Below are positions 1-10,752 of a stretch of DNA of 64,000 nucleotides, piece after piece (the stretch's first letter is position 1; every line of letters begins with the position of its first letter). Made by a program: the position numbers and the translations under genes. Origin of the DNA: Phycisphaerales bacterium (GTDB lineage: Bacteria; Planctomycetota; Phycisphaerae; WQYP01); the NCBI GenBank assembly GCA_027451365.1, contig DAIDJN010000040.1, forward strand, positions 84,711 to 148,710, read 5' to 3'. The notes beneath the pieces are model-generated. The model saw only the letters and a program-made list of their open reading frames with translations, made no database searches and was not told the DNA's origin.

Positions 1-45
1 TGTATCAACGTGTGTAAATATCATATATACCTCCGCCGGATGGCA

Positions 46-300
46 TTATAGCCAGACCTGCCGGTGAATAACAGCGGAGCAGGTTGTTGTATCGTGTCGT
101 GGCCCGCCGGGCGGCGGGGCTTGCAGACGCCGCCCCGCGCGTTTCTCGAATGTGCCCATGGGGCTGTCGCCCGCCAGCGGTGTGTCGGTTTTTGCGGCAC
201 GGCGATCATAACGATGGAAAAGGACGGCCCGACGGTTATTTCTATGCCGGGTAATGCGATGCGGTACATTGGGGAGGACAATGCGAGCGGTTCGAGGCAT
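46..300 (-). pseudogene. Internally deleted REP-associated tyrosine transposase (RAYT/IS200-like Y1) remnant
   Basis: N-terminus MPRTARIVLPNVPHRITRHRNNRRAVLF resembles the MPRxARxxxPxxxHHxxxRGNxRxxxF start of RAYT-type transposases. The C-terminal PLAGDSPMGTFEKRAGRRLQAPPPGGPR resembles their tail. The HUH catalytic core is missing. Confidence 0.6.
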
Positions 301-510
301 GAAAAATCATATGCCATCATGTGGGGCGGGCAAAAAAAGGGTGAACGTCACCAGATTAAATTGCGCGGATATTTGCCCGCTTCATCGGAAACTTAGACCT
401 GTGGCATCATGTGTCACGCACCCCATGACTGCCAAACCGCCATATCCGGGTTGACAAGTCCGCCCAACTGGGCAAGATAGTCAAAGGATTATTGTGCCGG
501 AGTAATATAA

Positions 511-1476
511 ATGGCGGGTTATAAGGTTGGAATTGCCGTGGTACTCATACTGCTGGCGGTTGTGGTGGGCATTGCTGTATATGCCTTGTGGCCGGGCGGC
601 CTGGGGCAGGCTTCATCCCATGCCATGCGCAGAGGGTTCCTTCAGGCGATCCGTGTGCATCAGTCCATGGGGGCTTTGGCCCCGGCCACCACTGGAACCG
701 GCGCCGGGCATTTATATATGAAGGCGTATAGAAAGCTTGTGGCCCTTGCGCCTGACGCCGATGCCCTGGACAACGCCCGCCACAACACCGCCCCGGAAAA
801 AGACCCGCAATTAATGAAAATTCTCTCACTCCTGGAACAGGCGGCCACGCGATCTATGGGCCGCAAGCATCTGGTGTTTGGTTCCAGTTTGCCGATTCCC
901 GCCGTGGATGACCCGGTCGCGGATCGGATTTCCGCACTCGGCGATATCTGTTCGACCGCCGGGGCCGGACTGATGGTGGATGGCAAGCCGCACGCGGCGG
1001 AAAAAGCCCTGCAAGCCTGCGCACTGTTTGGTCAGCGGGTGTGGCGACGGGGACTGCTGGTTTCCGTCCGCGGCAATGCTTTGGGTGCGATGGAGTTTGG
1101 CGTGCAGGGACTCGAACAGATGTACAAACAAAACGGACCGCTTGCCAATCCGGAAAAATACAGTCTGTGCAAAAAATTGCGCCGGGCGATTGCCGTGGCC
1201 ACAAAAAAATGGTTTGCAAAACTTGGATTCGTCTGCGTGACCGATCCGCGCGCCGCGGATATGGTATACATTGTCAAACATGACAAGGATTTATCCTGGC
1301 GGATTGCAGCCATCATGGAACTTGGCGTTGCCCGCTGGGCCACAGACTATTCCCCGCGTGCCGATGCCATTAAACACTATTTGAATCAGCGGACCTTAAG
1401 CCAGAATAAATGGATCCGCCGTGCCGCCAAACGCGCGGCCGGAATAACGCTCCAGGATATTCGCATGGCCAGTTAA
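511..1476 (+). CDS. Hypothetical protein with N-terminal membrane anchor, helical (HEAT-like) C-terminus
   Basis: 321-aa ORF with GGAG RBS, hydrophobic N-terminal helix and TTGACA at 451-456 upstream. Confidence 0.75.
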   Translation: MAGYKVGIAVVLILLAVVVGIAVYALWPGGLGQASSHAMRRGFLQAIRVHQSMGALAPATTGTGAGHLYMKAYRKLVALAPDADALDNARHNTAPEKDPQLMKILSLLEQAATRSMGRKHLVFGSSLPIPAVDDPVADRISALGDICSTAGAGLMVDGKPHAAEKALQACALFGQRVWRRGLLVSVRGNALGAMEFGVQGLEQMYKQNGPLANPEKYSLCKKLRRAIAVATKKWFAKLGFVCVTDPRAADMVYIVKHDKDLSWRIAAIMELGVARWATDYSPRADAIKHYLNQRTLSQNKWIRRAAKRAAGITLQDIRMAS

Positions 1477-2116
1477 CCCACGGCAGGCGTTTTTCGCCCG
1501 CCAATCACATGCGCCACATGGCCACCGACTTGTCGGCGGTTAATTTCATTCAAATATACAGACGGTGCCGTGTCTCTTTAAGGGTAGCCATATGACCCCT
1601 CAACCAAATTGACTCTCTATGATAACGCAACCATACGTTTCGTCCGGGGGCTATTTCAATCCTGATCTGTAAGCGTGCCCGATCGCGGAGTGGGAATAAC
1701 CGCGCCCGGCATCAAAATGAAGCAAATCGCCGCTTTCATCTGTTCAGTTTTTCAACGCTAGAAAACTATCTGCTCTGGCCGCGACCGGCGCCGGGGTGAC
1801 TGCTTTGTGGTAAGCAAGGTTGTCAAGCGTGCGTACACATTTTCATTTTTGCGGGCCGCGGCCCCAGGCCAGAAAAGTTGACCAGGCGACACGCGATCAG
1901 GTGGGCACCGGAAGAAGCTGGAAATTGTCGGGCAATATGCCAAATTGCCAGGGATGGGGTGACGATTTTAACCGCAAAGGGCAATAAGTACCCAGGCTTT
2001 CTTAATCGCCAAGCCGCGCCGCTCCACGGATTCCGCGACGGACGCTTTTCAGGTGACACACGGCAGGCTATCATTCGCGTGCTTGGACTAATGGGACTCA
2101 AAATTGGGACGGTGCT

Positions 2117-5100
2117 TTGGCCAGTCAGAAACACAATAAAATTTCCAGGTTCAAACCGCCTGCCCGTGTTGGCGCAAGACGGTTTTGCCCCAGACGATGT
2201 TCGGCGCGTGTCGCCATGCTGGCTCTTTCCGTGGCCGGCATTGCCGCCGTCGGCGGCGCGGCAACGGCGCAGTTCGTGCCAAGTCCTATTCAGCCGACTG
2301 TATTTCCGGTGCTTCAACCGGGTAGCGCGGTGAATATTCCGATGGTCGCCCAGGCGGGCGGTACGGATGTATGGGTATCCGCGGATGGCGTGCAGCATAT
2401 ATTGTTGACCGGGCAGGTGCTGGTGAGTGTCGGGTATCGAACCTTGCGCGCGGACAATGCGGCGGTCTGGCTGACGCCGATCGCCTTTGGTGGTTCCAGC
2501 ATTTACAAAGCCGAGATATATCTGGCTGGCCACGTCAGCATCAGCGAAGGCCGCAAGGGCAACGCGGTCAGCCGTGGCACTGAAATGCTGGTGACCACGG
2601 AAATTTCCGGCGGCGTGCGATTGGGCGCTACCAACCCGGTTGCCGCGAAGGAAAGCGGATCGCCAATTGTACTTCGCGGGGAAAAATTAATTCGTGAGCT
2701 TTCGGCCCGCCCGGTGGCTTTGAACTATATTCCGACCGTGCAGATTCAACCCACGGAGACCGCGCTTGGGCTGGGATGGATCGCTCGTGGCTCGCGGAAT
2801 CAGGTTTCACCACTGATAACCAGCTCGCAGCAGGCGATGAAGAGCACCGCGCATGGCGGAGCTATGCAAAAGCCGGCGCTGGTTTTTGCGACGGGTGATA
2901 AAATTACCGTTTCCGTTGAAGGCACGCAGCGCGTGACCACCGCGGAAGGAGAATTTATTCTGGTGCGACAGGTTCCCGGACAGGCCGCACTGGAACTTCG
3001 CGCCAACGATGCCGTGCTGTTCAGTCCAGCCGGGTCGGGCCATCACGTGCGGCCAGTGGGGCCGCGCAATGGCATTACGGAAAAAGTGCAGGGAGTTTAT
3101 CTGGATGGCGATGTCACCATAACCCAGGGGAATCAGACAGTTCACGCCAGCCAAGTCTATTATGACTTTACCACCAACCGGGCCATCATGCTTGACGCGG
3201 TGTTAAGCACCTACGATGTCGCGCATCATTCGCCCCTGTATATGCGTGCCACAAAGATTTTGCAGTTGGCCAAGGGAAGTTTCGCCGCCAAATCGGTCAA
3301 GCTTTCCACGGACGATTTTTACGTCCCGCATTATTACATTGGCGCCGGTTCCATGACCGTGCAGTCCATATCCGGGCCTGTGGTGACGCAGCCCAATGCA
3401 CATGGCGGCGCGATATATGCGTATACGGGCAAGGATATTACCGGTAATTTCATGGGATTGCCTTTTTTCTACTGGCCCGAAATATCCGGAACCACCGCCC
3501 AGCCCACCACGCCGCTGCGGTCCTTCGGCGTGGGCTATTCCAACACATTTGGTGCCTCCCTGACCACGGACTGGAATCTGCTGGAACTGCTCGGTCAGAA
3601 TCCGATTCCAGGATTTGATATGGGGTTGAATCTGGATGAATATTCCAATCGCGGGCCTGGCATTGGGATCAATTCGCATTTTCGGCTGCCGGACCAGCCC
3701 AACGCCCATGGCTCACTGCAAAGTTTCCTTATGTATGACGACGGGACCGACCAGCTAGGTGCCAATCGCGACAACCTGCCGCTGTCATCCCACGTTCGCG
3801 GCTTTGCCTCTGGCCGCTACCAGCAGGACCTTTCGCGGCAATGGACGCTGGCCGTGCAGGGGTCGTATATTTCCGATGAGAACTTCCTGGAGCAGTATTT
3901 TCAGAATGAATATGCCACCGCCCCCGAACAACAGACCTCCATTGATCTGCGGCAACAGCACGAAACCGAAGGCTTTACCATTATCGGAAAATGGAATCTG
4001 AACCGCTTTGTGGCCAATGCGGACCTGGAAGACAATGAATTTTCCGTCCAGCGGTACCCCGAAGCCCATTATTGGCGGCAGGGCGACAAACTCTTGGGAA
4101 TCTTCACTTATTATTCCGATACCAGCGGCGGCGTCCTGAACGACAAATTCAGCTCTCTGACGCCGGCCCAGCGTGCGCTGACGCTGAATTTTCCCGGCAT
4201 GAACCCGAATGAGAGTTTCAGCAACTACTATCTGGCCAATGGCTGGACGGACAACAGCGTGGCACGCGGTGACACCCGCCAGGAAATAGACCTGCCACTG
4301 GGTGCCGGGCCGATTGAATTTACGCCCTTTGTCACCGGCCGCCTGACTTACTGGGACACCAGTTTTCCGGTCACCAACAACCAGACCGGTGGCAATACCA
4401 CGCGGGCCTGGGGTGCGGGCGGGTTTCGTTCAACGGCGACATTCTGGAAGGTGTATCACGGGTTTAATTCCGATTTTCTGGATGTGCATTCTCTTCGCCA
4501 TATTATTCAGCCGGAAGTCAGTCTGTTTGCGTCCGGCTCCAATGTGCAGCGCGGCTATCTTCAGCCGTTTGACCGGAACGTGGAAGGCATTACCGACGCC
4601 AGCGGCGCCGAATTTGCTTTGCGGCAGATTCTTCAAACCAAGCGTGGCCGACCCGGCGAGCGGCAAATCGTCGACTGGATCACCCTGAATGTATCGGCGG
4701 ATATGTTCTGGAATGTACCGACCACCGGTCCATTCAACGCGGCCAATCCAATGTATGCCGGCGCGCCATTTTCCACCAGCGATTTCGGCCAGCCAACGAT
4801 CGGTTATTACGACTTCAGCCGTCCGGAGCTAAGCCAGGTGGCCGACAGTTTAAACGCCAATGCAACCTGGCGGGCCGGTGCCAATGTGCGGGTTCTGGCG
4901 GATGAAAGTTATAATCTGGACGTCAATCAGTTGGAAGAATTTGATACCGGCGTGGTGATTGACCAGTCGCCGGACATATCCTATTTTCTGGGAAACAGCT
5001 ATATCCGGGCATTGGAAACCGATCAGTGGACGGCTTCGATGGATTACCGGCTGACCGAGAAATATTCGTTCGCAGTGACGCAAAGTTACGATTTTGCCAT

Positions 5101-5281
5101 TGATCATAATATTCTCTCGCAGTTGACGATCGTGCGGAAACTGCCGCGGTTTTATTCAGGCGTTACGCTTAGCTACAATGCCGACACACGTTCGGAGGCC
5201 GTGTTTTTCAGCATCTGGCCGGCCGGCTATCCGCAGTATGGCGTTACCAATACCTCCGCGCTTCAGGGGGCGCTCCCCTGA
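2117..5281 (+). CDS. lptD: LptD/OstA-like LPS assembly outer-membrane protein (true start possibly ATG 2216)
   Basis: 1054 aa with signal peptide. It has OstA-like beta-jellyroll segments (YLDGDVTITQG, VYYDF), a PFFYWP motif, YISDENFLEQYF and RHIIQPEV, and a beta-barrel-like C-terminus. Confidence 0.75.
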   Translation: MASQKHNKISRFKPPARVGARRFCPRRCSARVAMLALSVAGIAAVGGAATAQFVPSPIQPTVFPVLQPGSAVNIPMVAQAGGTDVWVSADGVQHILLTGQVLVSVGYRTLRADNAAVWLTPIAFGGSSIYKAEIYLAGHVSISEGRKGNAVSRGTEMLVTTEISGGVRLGATNPVAAKESGSPIVLRGEKLIRELSARPVALNYIPTVQIQPTETALGLGWIARGSRNQVSPLITSSQQAMKSTAHGGAMQKPALVFATGDKITVSVEGTQRVTTAEGEFILVRQVPGQAALELRANDAVLFSPAGSGHHVRPVGPRNGITEKVQGVYLDGDVTITQGNQTVHASQVYYDFTTNRAIMLDAVLSTYDVAHHSPLYMRATKILQLAKGSFAAKSVKLSTDDFYVPHYYIGAGSMTVQSISGPVVTQPNAHGGAIYAYTGKDITGNFMGLPFFYWPEISGTTAQPTTPLRSFGVGYSNTFGASLTTDWNLLELLGQNPIPGFDMGLNLDEYSNRGPGIGINSHFRLPDQPNAHGSLQSFLMYDDGTDQLGANRDNLPLSSHVRGFASGRYQQDLSRQWTLAVQGSYISDENFLEQYFQNEYATAPEQQTSIDLRQQHETEGFTIIGKWNLNRFVANADLEDNEFSVQRYPEAHYWRQGDKLLGIFTYYSDTSGGVLNDKFSSLTPAQRALTLNFPGMNPNESFSNYYLANGWTDNSVARGDTRQEIDLPLGAGPIEFTPFVTGRLTYWDTSFPVTNNQTGGNTTRAWGAGGFRSTATFWKVYHGFNSDFLDVHSLRHIIQPEVSLFASGSNVQRGYLQPFDRNVEGITDASGAEFALRQILQTKRGRPGERQIVDWITLNVSADMFWNVPTTGPFNAANPMYAGAPFSTSDFGQPTIGYYDFSRPELSQVADSLNANATWRAGANVRVLADESYNLDVNQLEEFDTGVVIDQSPDISYFLGNSYIRALETDQWTASMDYRLTEKYSFAVTQSYDFAIDHNILSQLTIVRKLPRFYSGVTLSYNADTRSEAVFFSIWPAGYPQYGVTNTSALQGALP

Positions 5282-5514
5282 TGGCGACCCGCGATCGGCC
5301 AGTGCGCGGGGGATATCACAATGCCCAACTGGTTTACTGTTATTGCAGTTAAATATGGTGACATGTGTATGTATAAGGAATTTCACCTGTTCGCGAATGT
5401 CGCTGATTCTGCGGCTATTTGAAGTCAGACAAAATGCCATCTGCGCCGTTTAATACGGTGGCGTTGGAATAGCGACAAATAAAGCGACAATCTCGCATCG
5501 CACGCGGAGAACAA

Positions 5515-7230
5515 TTGGCCGGACTATTTGATGACGATCCACCGCCCGCCCGCCCGGCGAAATCCGGTCGTCGACCGATGCGCAAAACTCCCATGGACGC
5601 GATACGGGGCGTCGGGCAACCGGATGCCAATCACGCAAAATCCGGACTTGGCAATCCAACCCAAACCGCCCCAAACCAATCGCCAACAGAGTTGGCCGCA
5701 TCACTGCCTGTTGTGAAGCCCGGCGCAGTCATTCGACCGCCTCGATTGCGGCGGTCGGCAGCCGCGATTCTTGAATCCAAAACGGAATCTCAATCCGAAG
5801 CCCAGGCTGAATCAGCCCCAATATACAGCGTGGCGCAGGTGAACAGCCTGATTCAGCGGGCCATTGTCACCCATCTGCCGGCGGCCATTCTGGTGCAGGC
5901 GGAAATTTCCAATTTTTCAGTCTATGGAAAAGGGCACGCGTTTTTTAAGCTGAAAGATGCCAATGCAGAAATTTCCTGCATGATGTGGCGCGACACGCTG
6001 GAGCGCCTGCGTTTTAAGCCGCAGGATGGGTTGGCCGTACTGGCGGAAGGAACTGTCAAGCTTTATGAACCACAGGGGCGGATAAATTTCTATGTCAGTC
6101 GGTTGATCCCACGCGGGGCCGGGGAACTGGAACTGGCGTTTCGGCAGCTTTGTGAAAAGTTGCGCGGCGAAGGCTTGTTTGATCCGGCGCGGAAACGGCG
6201 TCTTCCGCTGCTGCCGCAACGCATCGTCATTGTCACAAGTCCCTCGGGAGACGTGATTCACGATGTGCTGACCACCGCCTGGCGGCGATTTCCTGGTCTG
6301 CAGGTCATGGTGTTTCCGGTCCGGGTGCAGGGGGCCGGGGCGGCCCGGCAGATCGCCGAGGCCATTGAACAGATCAATGCCCACGCGACTGAACTGGGAG
6401 TGGATCTGATTCTGCTGGTCCGCGGCGGTGGTTCGCTGGAAGATTTATGGGCTTTTAATGAGGAAATCGTTGCGCGGGCCATATCTGCCAGCGGACTGCC
6501 GATTGCCACCGGTGTCGGCCACGAACCAGATACCACAATTGCCGACCTTGTGGCGGACCTGCGCGGCCCGACTCCGACCGGTGTAACGGAATTGACCATT
6601 CCGGATGTCCAGATTTTTTTGCGCCATTGCGGGACCTGCGCCGATACCATGCGCCACGCGCTGGCCAACGCTCTGCTTCATGGAGACAAGGACCTGCGCG
6701 TCGCCGCCGGGAATCTGGCAGGAAAATTTCAAGCGATTATCCATGGTCGTCAGCGGCGGATTGATGACAGGGCAACCCGGATTGCGTCCGTTGAACCGCG
6801 GCACGCCGTTGCCCAGGGCTGGCGCCGACTTGAAGATGCGCAGCGCAGGCTTCGCGCTGCACCCCAGCGGGATTTGCAGCGATCTGCTCAGCGGCTGGCC
6901 ACAATGAAGGAAAGGCTGGAACGTCAATCGCCACGACTGTTGCTGGCCCAATGTTATACGCGGCTGTCGCCAGCCCGCCGACAACTTGCCGCAGGCATGG
7001 AACTTGCTCTAAGGGGCCGGCACGCCATATTGGAATCCGCAAGGCAGCGACTGGAACTAATTGGTCCGCAGGCGGTTCTCAAACGCGGCTTTTCGATTAC
7101 GACCGATTCGGCCGGACGGGTTCTGTTTTCGGTCAAGCAGATTACGACGGGACAAAGTTTAACGACCCGACTTGCCGATGGCGAAATTCGAAGCGATAAC
7201 GCCCGCTTGCATTCGGACACCGGTGCATGA
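5515..7230 (+). CDS. xseA: Exodeoxyribonuclease VII large subunit (with long N-terminal extension)
   Basis: Motifs EISN...GHAFFKLKD, EGLFDPARKRRLP, RGGGSLEDLWAFNEE, GVGHEPD, PTPT and LKRGFS. Confidence 0.95.
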   Translation: MAGLFDDDPPPARPAKSGRRPMRKTPMDAIRGVGQPDANHAKSGLGNPTQTAPNQSPTELAASLPVVKPGAVIRPPRLRRSAAAILESKTESQSEAQAESAPIYSVAQVNSLIQRAIVTHLPAAILVQAEISNFSVYGKGHAFFKLKDANAEISCMMWRDTLERLRFKPQDGLAVLAEGTVKLYEPQGRINFYVSRLIPRGAGELELAFRQLCEKLRGEGLFDPARKRRLPLLPQRIVIVTSPSGDVIHDVLTTAWRRFPGLQVMVFPVRVQGAGAARQIAEAIEQINAHATELGVDLILLVRGGGSLEDLWAFNEEIVARAISASGLPIATGVGHEPDTTIADLVADLRGPTPTGVTELTIPDVQIFLRHCGTCADTMRHALANALLHGDKDLRVAAGNLAGKFQAIIHGRQRRIDDRATRIASVEPRHAVAQGWRRLEDAQRRLRAAPQRDLQRSAQRLATMKERLERQSPRLLLAQCYTRLSPARRQLAAGMELALRGRHAILESARQRLELIGPQAVLKRGFSITTDSAGRVLFSVKQITTGQSLTTRLADGEIRSDNARLHSDTGA

Positions 7231-7410
7231 ATTGTAAATCGCCACGTTGACGGACAGTTGTTGTCCGATGCAGCTACGCTCCGGGCTGCGGACGAAGGCC
7301 CGTTTCCCGTTATAACCATGAAAAGGATTCGCAAGTCCCTCGCTTTTCTGGGTGCGTTTTGCCCGTCGTTTCCAGCGAACCGGCGGGCCGGCCGCTTATT
7401 CGCGGAGCAA

Positions 7411-8397
7411 TCAGGCTTCAGTCGTCAGTTTCTCCACCAGGCGACGGCCCAGACGCTGGAATTCCCCGGCTCCGTGAAAGCTTATGCGCTTATAAACCCG
7501 CTGAAACAGCGGTGCCGAAATATCACCTTCTACTTGCAACCAGGGGTTGGCGGCAAGAAACGCCGGAAATTCAATTTCATAACGCGCGTAAAGCGCTGAC
7601 CATCGATTCTGAAAGGCAGTTTCACTGATCGCGTCATCGGAGCGATCGTGCAACAATCCATACACATCGGCGATGAGCGGAAAATCCTTCGTCATGCGGG
7701 CCAAATCGCCTGGCGCTGTGATCGCATGGGCCAGTGAACGGTCCAGAAAATGTGTTTCGTAAAAGTGCATCTCCCTTTCCATCACTTGCGATTCCAAATG
7801 GAATCTGGCGGCAACCCGCTGCAATTGTTTTCGCGGATCTGCCAGCAAATTTTCATAGCTGACCGTCACATTTGGACGATTGAGCGTATCCTGCACGCTC
7901 CGCACGGTGCATTCCAGCCACAGAGCCATTCCTGTGATATGCTTAAGCCCCGATGAGGCGCAAAGCGAATCGGCCACGGCGGCTGGATTCCGCAAGGCAA
8001 CCAGATAGTTATCCTGGCAGGATATTTCGGCAAATAACGCCTGCCAGAAAAATAATAAGCGGTTCATTCGCGGATCTTTCATCGCCCATAATTTGCGGTT
8101 GGCGAAGCGCTGGCCAAGGATATTTTTTGCATCTCGGTGGATACGTCCATATTCCGCTGACGATTCAACCCGTGCCCGGGAAAACCCCGGCCAGCCCAGA
8201 TGCCTGTCGGCCAGTTTCAGAAGCTTGGTGTTAATGTGCTGAATTGCGGTGTCTTCCCAGAAGCCACGCGGATTATTGGCATTTGGGGGCACCATTTCAT
8301 CGCCCAAGTCGATACCGAATACCGGAAGCAGGCGGGTTAATGCGCTTGTGCCACTGCGCGGCGAACCTAGCACCACGAAAGCAACTTTTTTTTCCAT
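7411..8397 (-). CDS. Sulfotransferase-family protein
   Basis: PAPS-binding motif VLGSPRSGTS plus NPRGFWE, MKDPR, RNPAAVADSL and YENLLADP. Start taken at ATG 8397. Confidence 0.85.
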   Translation of the reverse strand: MEKKVAFVVLGSPRSGTSALTRLLPVFGIDLGDEMVPPNANNPRGFWEDTAIQHINTKLLKLADRHLGWPGFSRARVESSAEYGRIHRDAKNILGQRFANRKLWAMKDPRMNRLLFFWQALFAEISCQDNYLVALRNPAAVADSLCASSGLKHITGMALWLECTVRSVQDTLNRPNVTVSYENLLADPRKQLQRVAARFHLESQVMEREMHFYETHFLDRSLAHAITAPGDLARMTKDFPLIADVYGLLHDRSDDAISETAFQNRWSALYARYEIEFPAFLAANPWLQVEGDISAPLFQRVYKRISFHGAGEFQRLGRRLVEKLTTEA

Positions 8398-8647
8398 AAC
8401 CTTCCGGCTCCCGCATATGTCCGACAATTTGCCGTTTTTGTCGGCACGCTGCCACAATTTGCTCGTAAGCCGCGCCTTGGGCGCTCCGGTTGCCCATCAC
8501 TCCATCGTCCAGCCAAACGCAGAGAGTTCAAATTCGTTGCAATTACGTCCAGTTTTAAGGTTATCGGGCGGGAAATACCCCGGGCGCGGGACCGACCCGA
8601 TGGGGCAATTCCCTGGTTCGCATACCGGACTGGTTACGCGATTTGCG

Positions 8648-10720
8648 TCACACGCCGACGGGCTGTTTCAGGGGGGCTTTTTCATGGGGCCATGCCGGTG
8701 CTTTGCCCAGCACGTCTTCCCAGCAGCATCGCAATACCTCTGCCACAGACCAAGCCTGAGCAATACAGCCACGTGGCTGGTGCGGTGCGTCGCCATCGGC
8801 AATTTCGCTTATTGAACCAATCCCCGCCATCAGCAAGTGGGATTCAAACGGCTGTATAAAGCCATACGCCTTTTGACGGGCTGCCGCCGATCCGCCATTG
8901 GCCCGTACATACGCCGACACAAACGGGCCGATCAGCCACGGCCAGGCGGTGCCCTGATGATAGGCATGGTCCCGGCTGTTCTGATCGCCGCAATAGTGGC
9001 CGATATATCGGGCCGAACCGGGTGCCAGCGTCCGCAGCCCCATTGGTGTTAAAAGGTCGCGCTGCACCACGTTGACCACGGCGGCGGCCTTGTCCGTCGG
9101 CAACATGCCAAACGGCAGGCTGGCGGCGATAATCTGATTCGGGCGAATGGAGTCATCTGGTGTGCCATCGGGTGAAATGACATCAAACAGGCAATTGCGG
9201 GCCGGGTTCCAGAATGTTTTAACAAAATTTGCGGCACAAAGCTGTGCTGTGGCGGCAAATGAATCGGCACGCGCGTTGTCTGCGGCGGAACGGGCTATAA
9301 ATTCCATTACTTTTAAGGCATTGAACCAGAGGGCTGAAATTTCCACCGGCTTGCCATACCGCGGCGTGACCACTTCGCCGCCAATTTTTGCATCCATCCA
9401 AGTCAGTTGCACGCCGGGTTCGCCGGCACAAATCAGGCCGTCAACGTCCATATGAATGCCGAAATGGGTTCCGGTGCGGTATTTGTCCAGAATCTGGCAA
9501 AGGGGCGCGTAAAGGTAATCCCGCAGAAGGGCGCCATCTCCGGTGTAACGCCAGTATTGATACGCGGCCTGCACAAACCAGAGTGACGCATCCACTGTAT
9601 TGTAATCCGGCTGGTCGCTTTCATCGGGGAAGCGGTTGGGCGTGAGTCCATCGCGAATATGATCCGCAAATGTAACCAGCACGCCGCGCGCCGCGGCCTG
9701 GCTGCCCGTCACCAGCGCGATGCCTGGCAGACTGATAAACGTGTCACGTCCCCAGTCTTCAAACCACGGATACCCGGCGATGATCGACATTTTATTTGGA
9801 TTCGCCTTGTCCGCACTTCGTGTAACCAGGAATTGTTCAGCGGCTGTGCTTAGTTTGGCCAGCAGATCCGTCATTTCGCCTGCGTTGCCCAGCCGGGAGC
9901 CAAGTTGTTCATGACGCCGCCGACACCCGTCAATCAACCGCTGCTGTTCGGTAATAGCGACAGGATGCGTGGCGGCAATCAGCACAGCCGGACGACCGAT
10001 TTTAAGTGTGAATTCCAAGGCGCCGGGGGTCCACAAGTCGTCCATATCCGGGTAGCCGCGGGCACGTTCCTCGCGCAGCACGAAATTGTACCACCAGCAT
10101 TGGCCTTCACTGAAATGATCGGCATTGTGGCTGATAAAAACCTTCAGCGGACATTGCGGTGCCGAAAGCAGCAGCGCTTCGTGGGCACCGGCACCGGTGT
10201 CCACGCTCCAGCCGGCGCGGTTGGAAGCCGTGGTGGTGGCATGAAAATGCCGGCCGGCCATCATCGGTTGAACGTGGAGCAGAACCTCGGCCTTTCCGGC
10301 GGTGCCCTGAACGAGGTCGTAACGAACGATGACGACATCCTTGCCGTGCGGCATGAAAATGGATTTTTCCACGATGGCATCGCCGCAGGCATATCGCCAG
10401 ACCGGCCCGGCCCCGACTTCGCAGGAAATGAGGTTCTGGTAGCCGGCTGGATCCATCAGATCGGGAAATTCATTGGTGGAGAGCGGGTAGCTTTTCTGGC
10501 CGATCCAGACGCGGTCTTCCACACGTGAAACCAGCACAATACGATCGACCGGCGGCCGGTTGGGGGCCACGAGATATCCATGGTATTTACGCGTATTGAC
10601 ACCCGCAATTGTGCCCGACGCGTAGGCACCGCGCCCATTGGTGCAGAGCCATTCACGGGTAATGGACGCGTCCAGATTACGACATGTTTTTTGATCAATA
10701 CTGATTGGATTCATGGTCAA
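8648..10720 (-). CDS. Glycogen debranching enzyme (amylo-alpha-1,6-glucosidase, archaeal type)
   Basis: Motifs REWLCTNGRGAYAS, TRKYHG, AGYPWFEDWGRDTFIS, LTWMDAK, RPNQ, YHQGTAWPWL and QAWSVAE. Confidence 0.93.
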   Translation of the reverse strand: MTMNPISIDQKTCRNLDASITREWLCTNGRGAYASGTIAGVNTRKYHGYLVAPNRPPVDRIVLVSRVEDRVWIGQKSYPLSTNEFPDLMDPAGYQNLISCEVGAGPVWRYACGDAIVEKSIFMPHGKDVVIVRYDLVQGTAGKAEVLLHVQPMMAGRHFHATTTASNRAGWSVDTGAGAHEALLLSAPQCPLKVFISHNADHFSEGQCWWYNFVLREERARGYPDMDDLWTPGALEFTLKIGRPAVLIAATHPVAITEQQRLIDGCRRRHEQLGSRLGNAGEMTDLLAKLSTAAEQFLVTRSADKANPNKMSIIAGYPWFEDWGRDTFISLPGIALVTGSQAAARGVLVTFADHIRDGLTPNRFPDESDQPDYNTVDASLWFVQAAYQYWRYTGDGALLRDYLYAPLCQILDKYRTGTHFGIHMDVDGLICAGEPGVQLTWMDAKIGGEVVTPRYGKPVEISALWFNALKVMEFIARSAADNARADSFAATAQLCAANFVKTFWNPARNCLFDVISPDGTPDDSIRPNQIIAASLPFGMLPTDKAAAVVNVVQRDLLTPMGLRTLAPGSARYIGHYCGDQNSRDHAYHQGTAWPWLIGPFVSAYVRANGGSAAARQKAYGFIQPFESHLLMAGIGSISEIADGDAPHQPRGCIAQAWSVAEVLRCCWEDVLGKAPAWPHEKAPLKQPVGV

Positions 10721-10752
10721 CGGTTCCTTGTTATCGCGCTGTATCGGGTCGG

